Shown piece by piece: positions 37,495 to 50,176 of a DNA stretch of 64,000 nt (the stretch's first letter is position 1; each line of letters opens with the position of its first letter). Under the pieces are notes generated by a model. It searched no databases. It was not told where the DNA came from and saw only the letters and a program-made list of their open reading frames with translations. The position numbers and the translations under genes are program-made. Location of the stretch: NCBI GenBank assembly GCA_964016885.1, contig OZ024742.1, forward strand, positions 231,694,001 through 231,758,000, written 5' to 3'. The DNA is from Eledone cirrhosa (taxonomy: Eukaryota).

Positions 37495-39525
37495 CCGACT
37501 TTCGGTCATTACCCAAGATTCGTGACCATAGGTAAAGGTTGGCATGAATACCGAATTGAAGATAGCGAGTTTGGCTTTTACACCAACCTACCTCCTGATT
37601 ACTGAATGCTTAAGCTGGTGCATTACTGTACCAGCTCCTGCAATTCTTGCACTTAATTCAGGCTCCAGCCTTCCATTACTTGTGAACACTGGCCCCGAGA
37701 TACTTGAACATCACCTGCTTCAGAGGAACTCCACTGCACAGGCTTCCTTGAGAGGACGAGTGTCTTAGTCTTTGCAGTTCTGATTTTCATTCCAGCCATG
37801 CAGCACTCAGGATCAAACCTATCAAGTGCATATTGGAGATCACCTTCTGATGAGTAATACCATGTCATCTGCAAATTCCAGCCAACTTATCCTACACCTG
37901 CCAGCCTTGATACTACTTCCAACCCAGCTGCACATGTCAATCCTGTTCATGTAAATAATGAACAGGAGATGTGTCAGTGTGCAGCCTTGGTGAAGTCTAA
38001 CTCGCAATGGTTTCGTTCTAGCACCATTTATCGGACACAAATACTTGGGCATTCATATACAGACATCAGGACAACAAGAAGTTGTCCATCAATCCTATAC
38101 TCTTGCAGAACCTTAAACAGCAGGTCCTATGGAACACGGTCATATGCCTTTTCAAGATCTACATAGCAAGAATACACCTCTTGGCAGTACTCCCACGATT
38201 TCTCAAAGACCTGCTGCAGTGTAAATATATGATCTACTGTGCTGCACCTGAGGTGAAAAGCACACTGTTCATCAGATAGCTTGGACTTAAGTAGGTTTCA
38301 AGTGCAAAGTGAAACCTATTACAGTCAGTAGGCACCTCTAACAAAATACACCCCCGTCCCACTATCCCCACCCCATCCACACCACCCCTTTCAATGTAAA
38401 GTTATGTTGGTACCACAACATCCAGCCCGAAACAAATGAGGTCGTGTAGGTGTCACGACAAAAAAACACACAGTCCACGCTGTAATGTGGCCGTGTAGGT
38501 AACACGGTAAAAACCTCCCAGACCCACACTGTAAATGTGGTTGGTGTTAGGAAGGGCATCCAGCCGTAGAAAACCCGCCAGGCAGTCCTATGCGAGCAAG
38601 ACAACCACTCTTGCCTCAAGTGGGAAAACTCCCATCCAAACCCATGCAAGCGTGGAAGATGGACGTTAAACGATGATGATGATGATGATGATGATGATTA
38701 ACAATGTCCCTAAATCTCTTTGCCAGACCCTTAATATAGATTTTACTGGAGAGGCTTAACAAGGAGATCCCTCTGTAATTGAAGCAATCTCTCTTTTTGA
38801 AAATTGGGATTATCATTCCTGATTACCATTGCTGATTACCATTGCCTTTCCAGAGATCCAGGCTACCCGGCACACATGAGTCAGCCAGAGAATACCTTCT
38901 CTATTTAAGGCTTTTAATATCTCAGGCCGGATTTCATCCTCCCCAGTGGCCTTGCCAGATTTGAGCTGTTGTGATTAGGTTTAGGAGATCAGCAAAGTAT
39001 TCTTTCCATCTCACGAGCATGCACCTCTCTGAAGAGAAGAGAACCCCAGATGCGTTCCTGATAGCACATGTGGAGGAGGACTTCTTATTATAAAGTTGGC
39101 AGATGATCTGTCAGAACAGTTTATTTATTGATCTGAAAGCGGATTCCAGCTTAACCCCAAAGTCCTCCACAGTCTGAACTTTGGACGCCTTTACCATCTC
39201 TGCTGTGATTCTTTGTGCCTGCTTCTACCGCAAGTGCAAGAAGGAGGACTTATTTCCAAGCCAAGCTTTGTATGTTTCCTTCTTTGCTTGGATCTCATTT
39301 TTGACTTCTTGATTGAACAAAGGGGTCCTCCTGCTACCCAGCACCACACCACTCCTTTTTCATCTACCCCATTTAACAGCTGAAGCAGAAACTACTGAGC
39401 TGAACAATTTCCACTCTGTTTGAACATCATTAGTTTGCTCAGGGAGTTCTCTGAATTTGGATGCAATGGTATCTGCATACCTGGTCCTGACTTCCTAACT
39501 CACCAGCACTTCCCACTTTAACCTC
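37495..39525 (-). mobile_element. Degenerate RTE LINE split by an opposite-orientation insertion (38320-38697)
   Basis: IIPIFKKRDCFNYRGISLLS; KAYDRV; HQGCTL; EFADDMV; TYGHESW motifs. Confidence 0.85.
38320..38697 (+). mobile_element. 3' UTR-only copy of the RTE LINE at 28209-29575
   Basis: Close reverse complement of 28209-28680; ends ggacgttaaac(gat)n. Confidence 0.8.
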
Positions 39526-41869
39526 TCCCCACAAATTTCTGGTCTTGTACCTAAATTAGAAATTGTAAAATGTGATTTTTGTCAGTTTCTGAGTATACAA
39601 ATGATAAAAGAAAATGATGATAGTTATTTGATATTAGATATAGGTCTGGATCCATGACTGTCACAAGGCTTTTCTGCTCAAGGAGCATATTTCATAAACT
39701 TTTTTTATAAACTCTAATTTCTAAACTAGAGGGTGCACTATTTAAAAGTGGGGGTGGGGATTGGTCAATGTCATACAGTGTTCCCCCTTGATGATGGGCC
39801 TGTCTGGATCATTATCACTCTCATCTTCAGGCACCGGAAGGTGATATGATGTCTACATTTAAAGACTAATATATCAATAATACTTGAGTGGAACATAAAT
39901 CTATTTCTTTCCAATGCACATTTTGATCATCCAAACCATATGAATTAACACATTTTTAGATAATTTTCTACTAAATCATTAGTGATTTTTCATGTTGACT
40001 GTAAATGTGGTTGGTGTTAGGAAGGGCATCCAGCTGTAAAATACCTGGCCAAATTTACAGTCCTTGTTGGAGCAAGGTGCAGCATGGCCAACTCTGGCCA
40101 GACTTGCCTCTCAGATTGGATGACTTGTCTAACCCATGCAAACATGGAAGAATGGACGTTAAACAGTGATGATGATGATGAATTATTCAGTTACAACATA
40201 TTTTGACAGTGATTTCTTTGACCTTTCTTTATCAACTAGAATGTAGGTACTTGGCATTGCTCAGATGTTTAATAAATAATGTCAAACAATTTAAACTGAG
40301 GACACACAGCATGTAATACTGTTTACAGTTCTTGAGTGAACAGACAAAGATATTTGTAAATGTACTAAGTTGTCCGCTACTTATGTTGCTTAATTATTTG
40401 TACCAGATAAAATATAAAATTCAAAACAATGTAACTTATGCCATAACTGAATAAATATCAAATTATTAATAAGCTTCTTTAGTACAAACTTTATGTAAAG
40501 CAAACAAAGGAAACATTACAGTCAGTAGAGAGTTAGTATATTGTTGGACGACGAGGATTATGTTTTTGAGGAGGTCAGTGGATTAGCAGTGTTAGTAGAG
40601 TGGTTGAAAAAATATCTTGTATTTGTGTCTGGTTGTGTTCTGATTTTAGATGTTACTAAAGTCACCTTTACTTTTATCTTCCTGAGGAAATGATGAAATA
40701 AGTGCAAGTGAATCAACTATCCCTGTCCCTTAAAATGTGTTGCCTTGTGCTATATTAGAAATGATATGTTCTCTTAACTCTTTTGTGACAATATTTCTAA
40801 TAAAATATACTCTATTTCAATTGATTAATGAATACTTTTGATGAATTTACTAAAATTATCACTTTCCACTGAAATTGAAGGGCTGTTCTATAATAATATG
40901 GAGATAGTAATTTAACATATGACTCTCTTATAAAATTATGTTGAAAGATTTTTATTTAAATAAGAACCCTTTAAAATGGGTGGTTTAGTACCTTAGAACC
41001 AAAGCCGGTTTTGACTGGTTGGTATAAAAAAGAGTTAAGTCATGCATGAGAGCATAAAAGACTAATTGGATTAGATATTGGACAACCAGAGAATAAGTAG
41101 CAGTTTGTATCACAAGCATTGTATTGTATCTATGACCAAGTCCATTTAGCTTTAAATTATTATCAGATGCATAATTAAGTTCCTTACAGTGCAGAATTCA
41201 ATTCTTCTCATTGGTTAACCCTATCATTACTAAGCCGCCCCAAACTGACACGGTTTCTATGAAACTAAATCAACTATTTTAAATATTCCTATTTAGAGTA
41301 AAAAATTTCCAGCATAATTTTATATAAAAACATTTTATCCTACAAATACCATTTTGATGAAATTAATTCTAGTAAAACCTTCCAAATTCTTCATTAATTA
41401 ATTAAAATACAAAATATTTCATTTAAAAAAAAACACACATTAATAAAAGGATTAAAGTTATCCTGTTTAGAACCAGGGTAATATTTATTTTTCTCTCATC
41501 TATACACAAAAACTAGAGATATGTACCAGCCCTTGATTATTTGGAGAAAGGATTAACTCAAGTTGTGAGTTTAGAGAATGCTAATATATCAAATGGCTGA
41601 TATTTCCTGTATTTCATCATCATCATCATCATCATCTTCGTTTAACGTCCATTTTCCATGCTAGCATGGGTTATATATTTTATATTGTCCAGCCATTTCC
41701 ATTTCTGATGCCTCTACTTGTTGGTAATCATCCTTCTAAACATAATTTTCATTTTTCTCACTTGTTCACAAAAATATCTAAACATCTATATTTAGGGGAA
41801 AGAAAAAAAATATCAAGGGAGAAAATTCATGTAGAGTATTTTAGAGTACATTCACTTCTGAGATACAGT

Positions 41870-43105
41870 TATTTATTTATTTATTTATTTTATTTATTTT
41901 TTTTTTATAGTACAGAGCTATTTAATTATGTAATAAACAACACACGTGTGTTAGACACATTATTGTGGATATAAGTTGTAAAGATGAAAGAATGGTATTT
42001 AACTAATGTATTGGTACGCGATGGGGCCCACCCACAGCCCCGGCGGACAGAATGGAGAAGGCGTTTCCCCGGAGGATGGCAAGGGAGACGCGCTGGAAAA
42101 GCCACTCCAACTCGCGGGGCTCACACCTGCGGCTGGCCAGCTCAGCGCCTATGGTGGTGAGTAAGGAGGTAGCCCTGGGGCCGAGGACACCAGAAGTTTC
42201 CATGCCAGGGAAACGACCACAAACCTCTCGGAGAGCGACCGGTATTTAAGGAGTTTGGCCCCCTCAGCCCGACGTGCAGCAGAACCTGGGTCAGTCGCAG
42301 ACTGCACCAGGTTGCGGCTGCAGAAAGTATCGGTGCAAGTGGCATTCCAGACGAGGGGTTTGCCACCGCGGAACGGGAAGATGGTCGTGCCATCTGGCCT
42401 TTTGCCGTCCCCTCGATCCAGCCCCACCGGCTTGAGCTGGGAAGGGAAGCCTGCAGCGTCCAAGCCATGCTTAATGACCTTGTTGAGGGCAGTATGGCGT
42501 GGAATGCGGCCGGCACTGTGGCGACAGGAAAGCGGGTGGAAGCCGAAAGAGTCCACGGTGGAACCGCAGCGACATTGGTGTGGCTGGCAGATCCGGAGGC
42601 CGAGCCTCAGGGAAACGCCGATTCGCAGGCTATGGTTGTTTAGCTGCGTGCTAGTGGGGAAGGAGGGTAGAGCATGGAGCTAGGCACCACTGTGGGGTTT
42701 GGAGGCCGCACGAAAACAAGCAAGGCGGTGCTGGTCGAGCTGGCGCGTGAGCCTGTCTGAAGCCAGGCTGCACTGGATGGCATCCCAAGTGCGTTGAGGG
42801 GACTTGACGTCAACAGGGGAAGTAGGAGGGACGTCTACTGGGCTAAGTCCCAGCCAGTGCAATGTCTCGTAGGCAGCCTCACGTTATCTGAACACAGAGG
42901 GTTCTGTTGTGTTTTGAAGAACCCTGCTGACGAGGATGCGGCACGAGGTTACCGACGAAAGATACGCCGGCAAAGCCAGTGAGATCGGGGATTGGAGGCC
43001 TAGGCCTGACGGGTAAAGTGGCCTGTTGCCACCCTATGTCGTCAAACTTGACGTTGCATATTCCCTCGGCTGCTGCTCGGATACAAGTATCGAGGTCAGC
43101 GAGGA
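41870..43105 (-). mobile_element. CRE-clade non-LTR retrotransposon, 3' part (zinc knuckle and restriction-like endonuclease), disrupted
   Basis: HSGA*LHALP..LRIGVSLRLG..CRCG..HPLSC..RH..KRPDG..VWNATC..K..KY..ETSG.LGP..FQRVSLAILRGNA; GC-rich; (AAAT)n tail near 41870-41910. Confidence 0.85.
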
Positions 43106-43900
43106 GAGATGTCTGACTGCCATTCTACCTTCCTGTGTTTCCCCCTCCATGCAGCCCCTTTTTGCTCTCGTTTTCTGGCACCTCCATATATATAGGTGAA
43201 TTATGCTGCCCTCTTACCAGCACTTTCCCTTCCACCCACACACACCACCCACCCACTCCTGATGCCGCTCGGTTCCCCAGTCCCCGGCCCCACGCCCCAT
43301 CCCCACCCCTCCAAATCGACACCTGCAGCACTTGCAGCACCACTAACAAACAGAAGAGGGGCTGGAACTGTTTGGGGTGGGGCTGCTTCCACCACCTCAA
43401 TTGCGTTGGCTTGACTCATTGAGCTTCCAATGCCCTCACAGCGTGGAGGTGCAGGAGCTGCCTCTTCCCCACGTCTTCCAGCCACGGCCGTCTGGCACAC
43501 CACCAGATGGGACAGCGAGCTTGCCTGACACCCGAGCCTCGCTGGTCAACATCGCTCGGCTCAGGCAGCTCCGGAAGATCCCACTCAGGATCCCGAGAGC
43601 GGCACGGATGCCGTTAGCCGATGCCCTCGCTTCCTCGATTGAGAGCGCCCTGGACTCCAATCCAGCCACTGACTGGGAGCGGCTGTTCTATTTCGCCCCA
43701 CTCGCCCTCCCCAGCTCTGGCGCTGAGCGGGGCGGCCGGTCAACAGCAGCTTTCGTCAAGGCCAGGGACGCCACACACCCCACCCTCAGGTACCCCCCTA
43801 TCCTCCACCCCCGAGGCCATCGCCAAGCGTTTGCGTGACCAGGTAAACGCAAAGCTTATCATGGGTGATGTCTCGGCCACAGTCAGAGTTCCGATGGAGT
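43106..43900 (+). mobile_element. CRE-clade element 5' part, inverted relative to the 3' part
   Basis: Cys/His-rich, PHD-like segment, then RIPRAAR...WERLFYFAPLAL...AKLIMGDVSATVRV, which resembles the pre-RT region of CRE-type ORFs. Confidence 0.6.
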
Positions 43901-45500
43901 AAATTATGAAGGAAATCAGCCCAGTCATAACCATCTCATTTTCTTTCTGACACAGTCTATTTATCCAATGTCATTTCTTTCTTCAGATTGTAGGGTATAA
44001 TTTCAGAGAAGTTTGGTTTCTATTTCTAACAAGTACAGTCTGTCTCATGTACTCATGTGATATAATCTATAAGTTAAGATGTTAAAATCTAGAATCATCC
44101 CATCAGTTTATGGACTTCATGATTTCTTCTATTATCTACTCCTGTGTGTCTTGAATTCCCGAATCTCATTGCAAATTTGTGTACCTAATTATTTTCACTG
44201 AATACACAGTATCAAGTTCTTACTCCCTTCTTAAACATTAACCCTTTAGCATTCAAAACAGCCAAAACTGGCCAATGACACTCACATTAAGATATTGTTC
44301 TAAAAATAAACAATAACTGTTTCTACTTTAGGCACAGGGCCAGCAATTTGAAGGGGAGGGGAAAGTCGATTAAATTGGCCCCAGTGCATTACTGGTACTT
44401 TATTTTATTGACCCTGTAAGGATGAAAAGCAAAGCTAACCTCTGCAGGATTTGAACTCAGAACGTTAAAGATCATAACTCTATGCGGCAAAGCATGTTGC
44501 CTGATGCTCTAAGGCCTTTACTGCGAAAAATAAACTTAATATAGCGAAATAACTTAAAACAGCACATTTTTTTAACTTTGAAAGTACAACAAATTTTTTG
44601 TCTGTATCAAAGTAGTGATACCGACTTTGAAGGTTTTACATGCGGTGACATTCAAAATGAAGAAGAAACAAAAGAAGATATCAGTGATTTATCTTCAAAT
44701 GAATCAGACGGATATCTCTCTGATTACTGAATGCTTAAGCTGCCGCTTTACTGTACCAGCTCCTGCAATTCTTGCACCAAATGGTACTAGTATTGTTATT
44801 AATTGGAATTTTTATCTTTATCACTTTGACCTTCATGCAAGTGGGCTCAAGACCATACTCTAAGTTTGGAATTTTTTCTGCTGCTCTTCAACTTTTTTTT
44901 CAAGAAGCCATTTTACATAAATGAGTAACTTGATCTTTCTAGTGGGAGTGCTGGTGCTATGATAAAATGCACTTAGTACATTAGGAACAATATCCTGCTG
45001 TAGAAGACATACCAAAAATCAAACTTATGAGCAAGACAAGGTTCTTTGACCGGTCTTGCCTTGGGTTGTGACAAACCATCCACCTGATCCCAGCATGGAA
45101 AATGAACGTAAGACGATGTTGATGAAAAAACTACATATTATTAGTGCAATTACAGGATGTCCTTTCTACAGCTATTAAAACATGAAGTAGGCATGAAACA
45201 TGTTTCTTCAGTCATACTTTCCTGATGAGGTCTAATAAGGCTAAAACATCTCTTGCTTTCATTAGTTGGCTTCAAAGACTAGATCAATTCCAATTGACAT
45301 TGTTTATACTGTCAAAACATCTTGATTACATGATAATATTAGTTATTTCTCTATCACCCCTAGAGGGAATTTTGATCTACCAATTGTTTGGATAGTCTCA
45401 GTTAAAATTTTTCATCTCATTATATTACATATGTAAGCCTTTACTGTACTTATATTCAGTAAGTAGATGCATAGAAAGATGGACATGATATGCTCTACAG

Positions 45501-45968
45501 CAGAGGTTCTCAAACTTTTTGGGCTACCACTCCACTCACGGCCACGTAATACCCTCAGCACCCCCCACCCATATTTCCAGAGAGACATGCCTACATGCAA
45601 ATTGTAAATAATATATAATAAATAATTGTTTCTACTTTAGGCACAAGGCCAGCAATCACCAGTTCATTACTGGTACTTTATTTTATCGACCCCGTAAGGA
45701 TGAAAGGCAAAGTCAACCTCGGCGGGATTTGAACTCAGACCGTAAAGGGACGTAACTATGCTGGAAAGCATGGCGTCCGACCCTCTACCGATACTGCCAA
45801 TCCACTGTAATATATAATAAATAATATAATATATACTATGTATAAATAAATATTACATTAATATGTATCATTTGATATTTAATATACTATTATATCATCT
45901 CCAACCCCCACTGCCCTTTAGGCCCCTGTTCCCCCAGGGGGTGGTAGCGCTCACTTTGAGAACCTCTG
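45501..45968. mobile_element. hAT (Charlie-type) MITE containing a nested SINE
   Basis: TIRs CAGAGGTTCTCAAA / TTTGAGAACCTCTG; perfect 8-bp TSD CTCTACAG; SINE at 45627-45807 flanked by an 18-bp direct repeat TAATATATAATAAATAAT. Confidence 0.88.
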
Positions 45969-46251
45969 CTCTACAGTATACTACAAAATGCAGTTCATTC
46001 TCTTCATGGCCACACACGTGCCATGCTGCTCAATCTTGCACAGTGCCATGACAAAAAACGAACAGTCCACCATGTATGGTGATAGTGCCACTATGTAAGG
46101 CGGTAGTAGTGGTGCCACAAAAAATGCTCTAATTGACTCTGTTTGAGAAGGCAGGTTATTAAGAAAATAAATCTTTCTGAAAGACCATTGTATACTTTAG
46201 CTATTCTGGTCATCTGAATTTGACATCAGTCCATCTGTACACAAATCTTAA

Positions 46252-46458
46252 CCCTTTAGCATTTAAACCGGCCATATCCAGCCCAAATTCTCTCACGTTT
46301 TTCTGTTCAAACCAGCTGTAACTGGCTGCTCATACTTATATAAGGTATTGTTCTCAAAATAAATAATATCAAAATCTCATAGATTCTATATTATGTGAGA
46401 TAAAGTGTTTACCGTGAAAATTCAATAATATATATAGAGTAATGTAAATGCTAAAGGG
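46252..46458. mobile_element. piggyBac-type MITE
   Basis: TTAA|CCCTTTAGCATTTA...TAAATGCTAAAGGG|TTAA; related TTAA-bounded elements near 13730, 40775, 41215, 44239 and 51438. Confidence 0.85.
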
Positions 46459-47278
46459 TTAACAGAATATTTCAGTTAATGTAAAATCTGTGGTAAATAT
46501 TTCACATTGAATGAACAAATGTATAATAGAACCAGGCTGTGTAAGTTAGATTAATAACAAAATGTTATTGTTAGGTTATATTAACATAATAATTATTTCT
46601 ACTATAGGCACAAGGCCAGCAATTTGAAGGGGAGGAGAAAGTCAATTAAATAGCCTCCACTGCATTACTGGTACTTTATTTTATTGATGCCGTAAGGATG
46701 AAAGGCAAAGTTAACCTGGGGTGGATCTGAACTCAGGGCGTAAAGGGGTGTAACCCTATGCTATACAGCATGTCTGACGATCTAACGACATTGCTAATCC
46801 ACTGCCAAAATAATAATAATAATAATAATCATTTAACGTTTGTTTTCCCTGCTAGCAAGGATTGGACATATTGTTGTAAAGTGGTCAGTACTCAAGCAGA
46901 ATCTCTAATCTCCAGGTGGGCCAGAGGCCAAGCACAGGATCCCGTGTTCTACTGAGTACATTTTGTTATGAGACCTGGGAAGTTGTCATGTCTTAGGCAT
47001 AGCTGAAGAATCTTTCCAACCCTTTGTTTGGCAGGTTTTCTATGACTAGATGCCCTTCCTATTACCAACCACTTTACAGAGTGTACTGGCTAATCATTTA
47101 TCATTGGTCTGTTAATCATTTGAAAATATTGTCAAATAATTTTTATTGAAATCTCCTAAATCTGTGCTTATAAACTTAGTATTTATTGTAAAATCAAAGA
47201 ATAAGTTTAATTCTAATTCTAAGAATAAACTTGTGAGGTAATGTATTATATATCTTTTGTATTTTTTCTTATATTTAG

Positions 47279-47367
47279 CTGAGATCAAAGATGTCTGATT
47301 ACTATGGTTTACTTCAACGGCACAACATCCATCAGCGATGCGTCAAAAATATCACTAAAACACTTGA
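47279..47367 (+). CDS. NADK2: NADK2 coding exon 2
   Basis: tttag|CTG acceptor; LRSKMSDYYGLLQRHNIHQRCVKNITKTL resembles NADK2 'KGSSYSGLLERHHIH'; GA|gtaagt donor, phase 2. Confidence 0.92.
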
Positions 47368-47427
47368 GTAAGTTGCTAAATATTTTCATATTTTTAATAT
47401 TTAAAAAAATATTCTCGGGATTGTTCT

Positions 47428-48672
47428 CAAAGGGGGATCAAAAAGTTCGCAGAATTTTATCGTAGTGAGAAAAAAATAGGTTAAAACAATATTAAACATG
47501 TCAGAACATTGTCACTGGGTGTTTACCTTGCTATTAGTCACTTGCAGTCAGTTATGCACGGACTATTGTACAGTACTGACACACTTTAAAAAACCTCTTT
47601 TTGGAACAATGGAAAATAGTTATTTTGAGATAAGATCGAATATCAAGTTTCTGGTGAAACTCAAATGGAAAGGGACACAGTTTATGGTACTACTGCTCCA
47701 AAGAAAACTGCTGTCTACAAGTGGATTCAGTGATTCAAACAAGGGAGAGACGACCTTGAAGACGACCATCGCAGTGGAAGACTAGGAACATCAAAAAATG
47801 ACCAAACGTTGAGGCTGCTCAGACTTTAATTGAAGAAGATCGAAGAATAGCAGTTAATCAGTTAGCTAAGTCCCTAGACATTTCATATGGTTCGGCAAAT
47901 TCAATTCTGCACGATAATTTGGGACTAAGCAAGCTTTCAGTGCGATGGGTCCCAAAAGCGTTGCGCCCTGATCAGCTGATTCTTCGAAGTGATCTGTCTT
48001 TGGCGATATTAAACAAAATTGAAGTTGATGAAGAGCATTTCCTGACCAGAATCATCACCGGAGATGAAACCTGGATCTACCAGTATGATCCTGAATCCAA
48101 ACAGCAGTCAAAACAGTGGCTTCCACGTGGATCATCGGGGCCAATCAAGTTCAAATCTCAAAAGTCGGATAAAAAAGTGATGGCCACCATTTTCTGGGAT
48201 TCAGATGGGGTGATACTAATAGATTATCTTGAAGGTCAAAGAACTGTGACAGGAGCTTACTATGCAAATGTTTTAAGGAAGCTGAAAGAGGCATTAGTCA
48301 AGAAACGAAAAGGGAAACTTCATGGTGGGATCTTGTTTGACCATGACAATGCATCAGCGCATTCTGCGCGGGTTGCAAAAGAAGTTCTTCGAGAATTTCG
48401 ATGGGAAGTGCTTCCTCACCCGCCTTATAGTCCAGATTTAGCCCCATCAGACTTTTTCCTCTTTCCAAAACTCAAAGAAATGCTAAAAGGAACCCGTTTT
48501 AGTGGTGTTGAAGAAGCTAAAAACACTGCCAACACATGGCTTCGAACAAGGCCTTGTGAAGTGTATTGACCTGGATGGCAACTATGTAGAAAAATAAATT
48601 GAAGGTAAATCATATTTTTTGAAAAATAGAATATTTTCTGAAAAATTCTGCAAACTTTTTGATCCCCCCTCG
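47428..48672 (+). mobile_element. Near full-length mariner (DD34D) transposon with disrupted transposase
   Basis: TIRs GGGGGATCAAAAAGTTCGCAGAATTTT / AAAATTCTGCAAACTTTTTGATCCCCC; ATG at 47609; WVPKAL, TGDETW, HDNASAH and YSPDLAPSDF motifs; N-terminal frameshifts and a stop, truncated C-terminus. Confidence 0.95.
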
Positions 48673-48755
48673 TATGTTGATAAGTCAATAATGTTTGGCA
48701 GATGTAGATGAGGTAATTCTTTCAGTAAAAATTTTATATATTCTATATGTATATG

Positions 48756-48824
<69 letters not shown>

Positions 48825-48825
<1 letters not shown>

Positions 48826-49158
48826 GAGGCACATGGCTTAGTGGTTAGAGCATTTGGGCTTGCAATCAAAAGGTTGTGAGTTCGATTCTCAGACCGGGTG
48901 ATGTGTTGTTTCCTTGAGCAAGACACTTTATTTAACATTGCTCCAGTTTACTCAGCTGTAGAAATGAGATGATAGGACTGGGGTCCCTATCATTCCACTG
49001 CAAAGTGGTCGTGGAGCTGCCACGGCAAAAAAGCACCCAGCACTCACTGTAAATGAGGTTGGTGTTAGGAAGGGCATCCGGCTGTAGAAATCAAGCCAGA
49101 ATCAGTTCCCCGTCCCACCCTTGCAAGCAGGGAAAAGTGGACGTAAAATGATGATGAT
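48825..49158 (+). mobile_element. tRNA-derived SINE family B with RTE-like 3' tail
   Basis: tggcttagtggttagagc A-box, gagttcgattc B-box, ccttgagcaagacactt core, tail gttaggaagggcatcc...ggacgtaaaatgatgatg. Confidence 0.85.
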
Positions 49159-49857
49159 TAGTATTGGTGCTCTCTGTTGTTTTTTGCTGAGAATAAGTAA
49201 GTGACGTAGTCACTACTTTAAAATTCATAGCGAATAGCCTTCAATTTTAATTAAACACGGTATATTGCCAAATATACTATACATACATTCATATCTATAT
49301 CTATCTAAAGATATATATGTGTTTTGCAACAGGTCACGTTGTGGCTCAATGAAGAATTAATAAATTAAATAATCAGAGCTATATATCTATAGAATCACCA
49401 GATAAAATATATACCGTTCCCTCTCCCAGTTAGCATAATTAACCATATAAAAAATTAATTAGACCAAGCTATAATAATAAAGGCTCCTATGAAGAAATCT
49501 CCGACAAATAACCGAAAGCAGCCCCTTCGCGGCGGTTGCGACGGAGTATTTATTGAACATTTCGACAGCATGTATAAATCGACCAAATATACAGTCAACT
49601 AAACTCTGTTTAGTTGACTGTATATCTGGTCGATTTTGACTTTGCCTTTCATCCTCCTTACGGGGTCGATAAAATAAAGTACCAGTAATGCACTGGGTAA
49701 TTGCTGGCCTTGTGCCTAAAGTAGAAACAATTATTATAGCTTGGTCTAATTGATTTTTTATATGGTTAATTATGCTAATTGGGAGAGGGAACGGTATATA
49801 TTTTATCTAGTGACTCTATAGACATGTTTTATGATATATATATATATATATATATAT

Positions 49858-50176
49858 ATCATCATCATCATTTTACGTCCGCTTTTCCCTGCTTGCAAGG
49901 GTGGGACGGGAACTGATTCTGGCTTGATTTCTACAGCTAGATGCCCTTCCTAACACCAACCTCATTTACAGTGAGTGCTGGGTGCTTTTTTGCCGTGGCA
50001 CCTTTGCAGTCGAATGATATGGACCCCAGTCCCTATCATCTCATTTCTACAGCTGAGGAAACTGGAGCAATGTGAAATAAAGTGTCTTGCTCAAGGAAAC
50101 AACACATCACCCGGTCCGAGAATTGAACTCACAACCTTTCGATTGCAAGCCCAATGCTTTAACCACTAAGCCATAC
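49858..50176 (-). mobile_element. SINE family B, inverted copy
   Basis: Reverse complement of 48825-49158 and 54938-55267. Confidence 0.85.

Noticed and set aside
42003-43900. Bacterial contamination or horizontally transferred gene suggested by the GC jump
   Set aside because: The motifs are those of a CRE-clade retrotransposon, and a second diverged fragment at 31090-31270 shows the family is resident in this genome.
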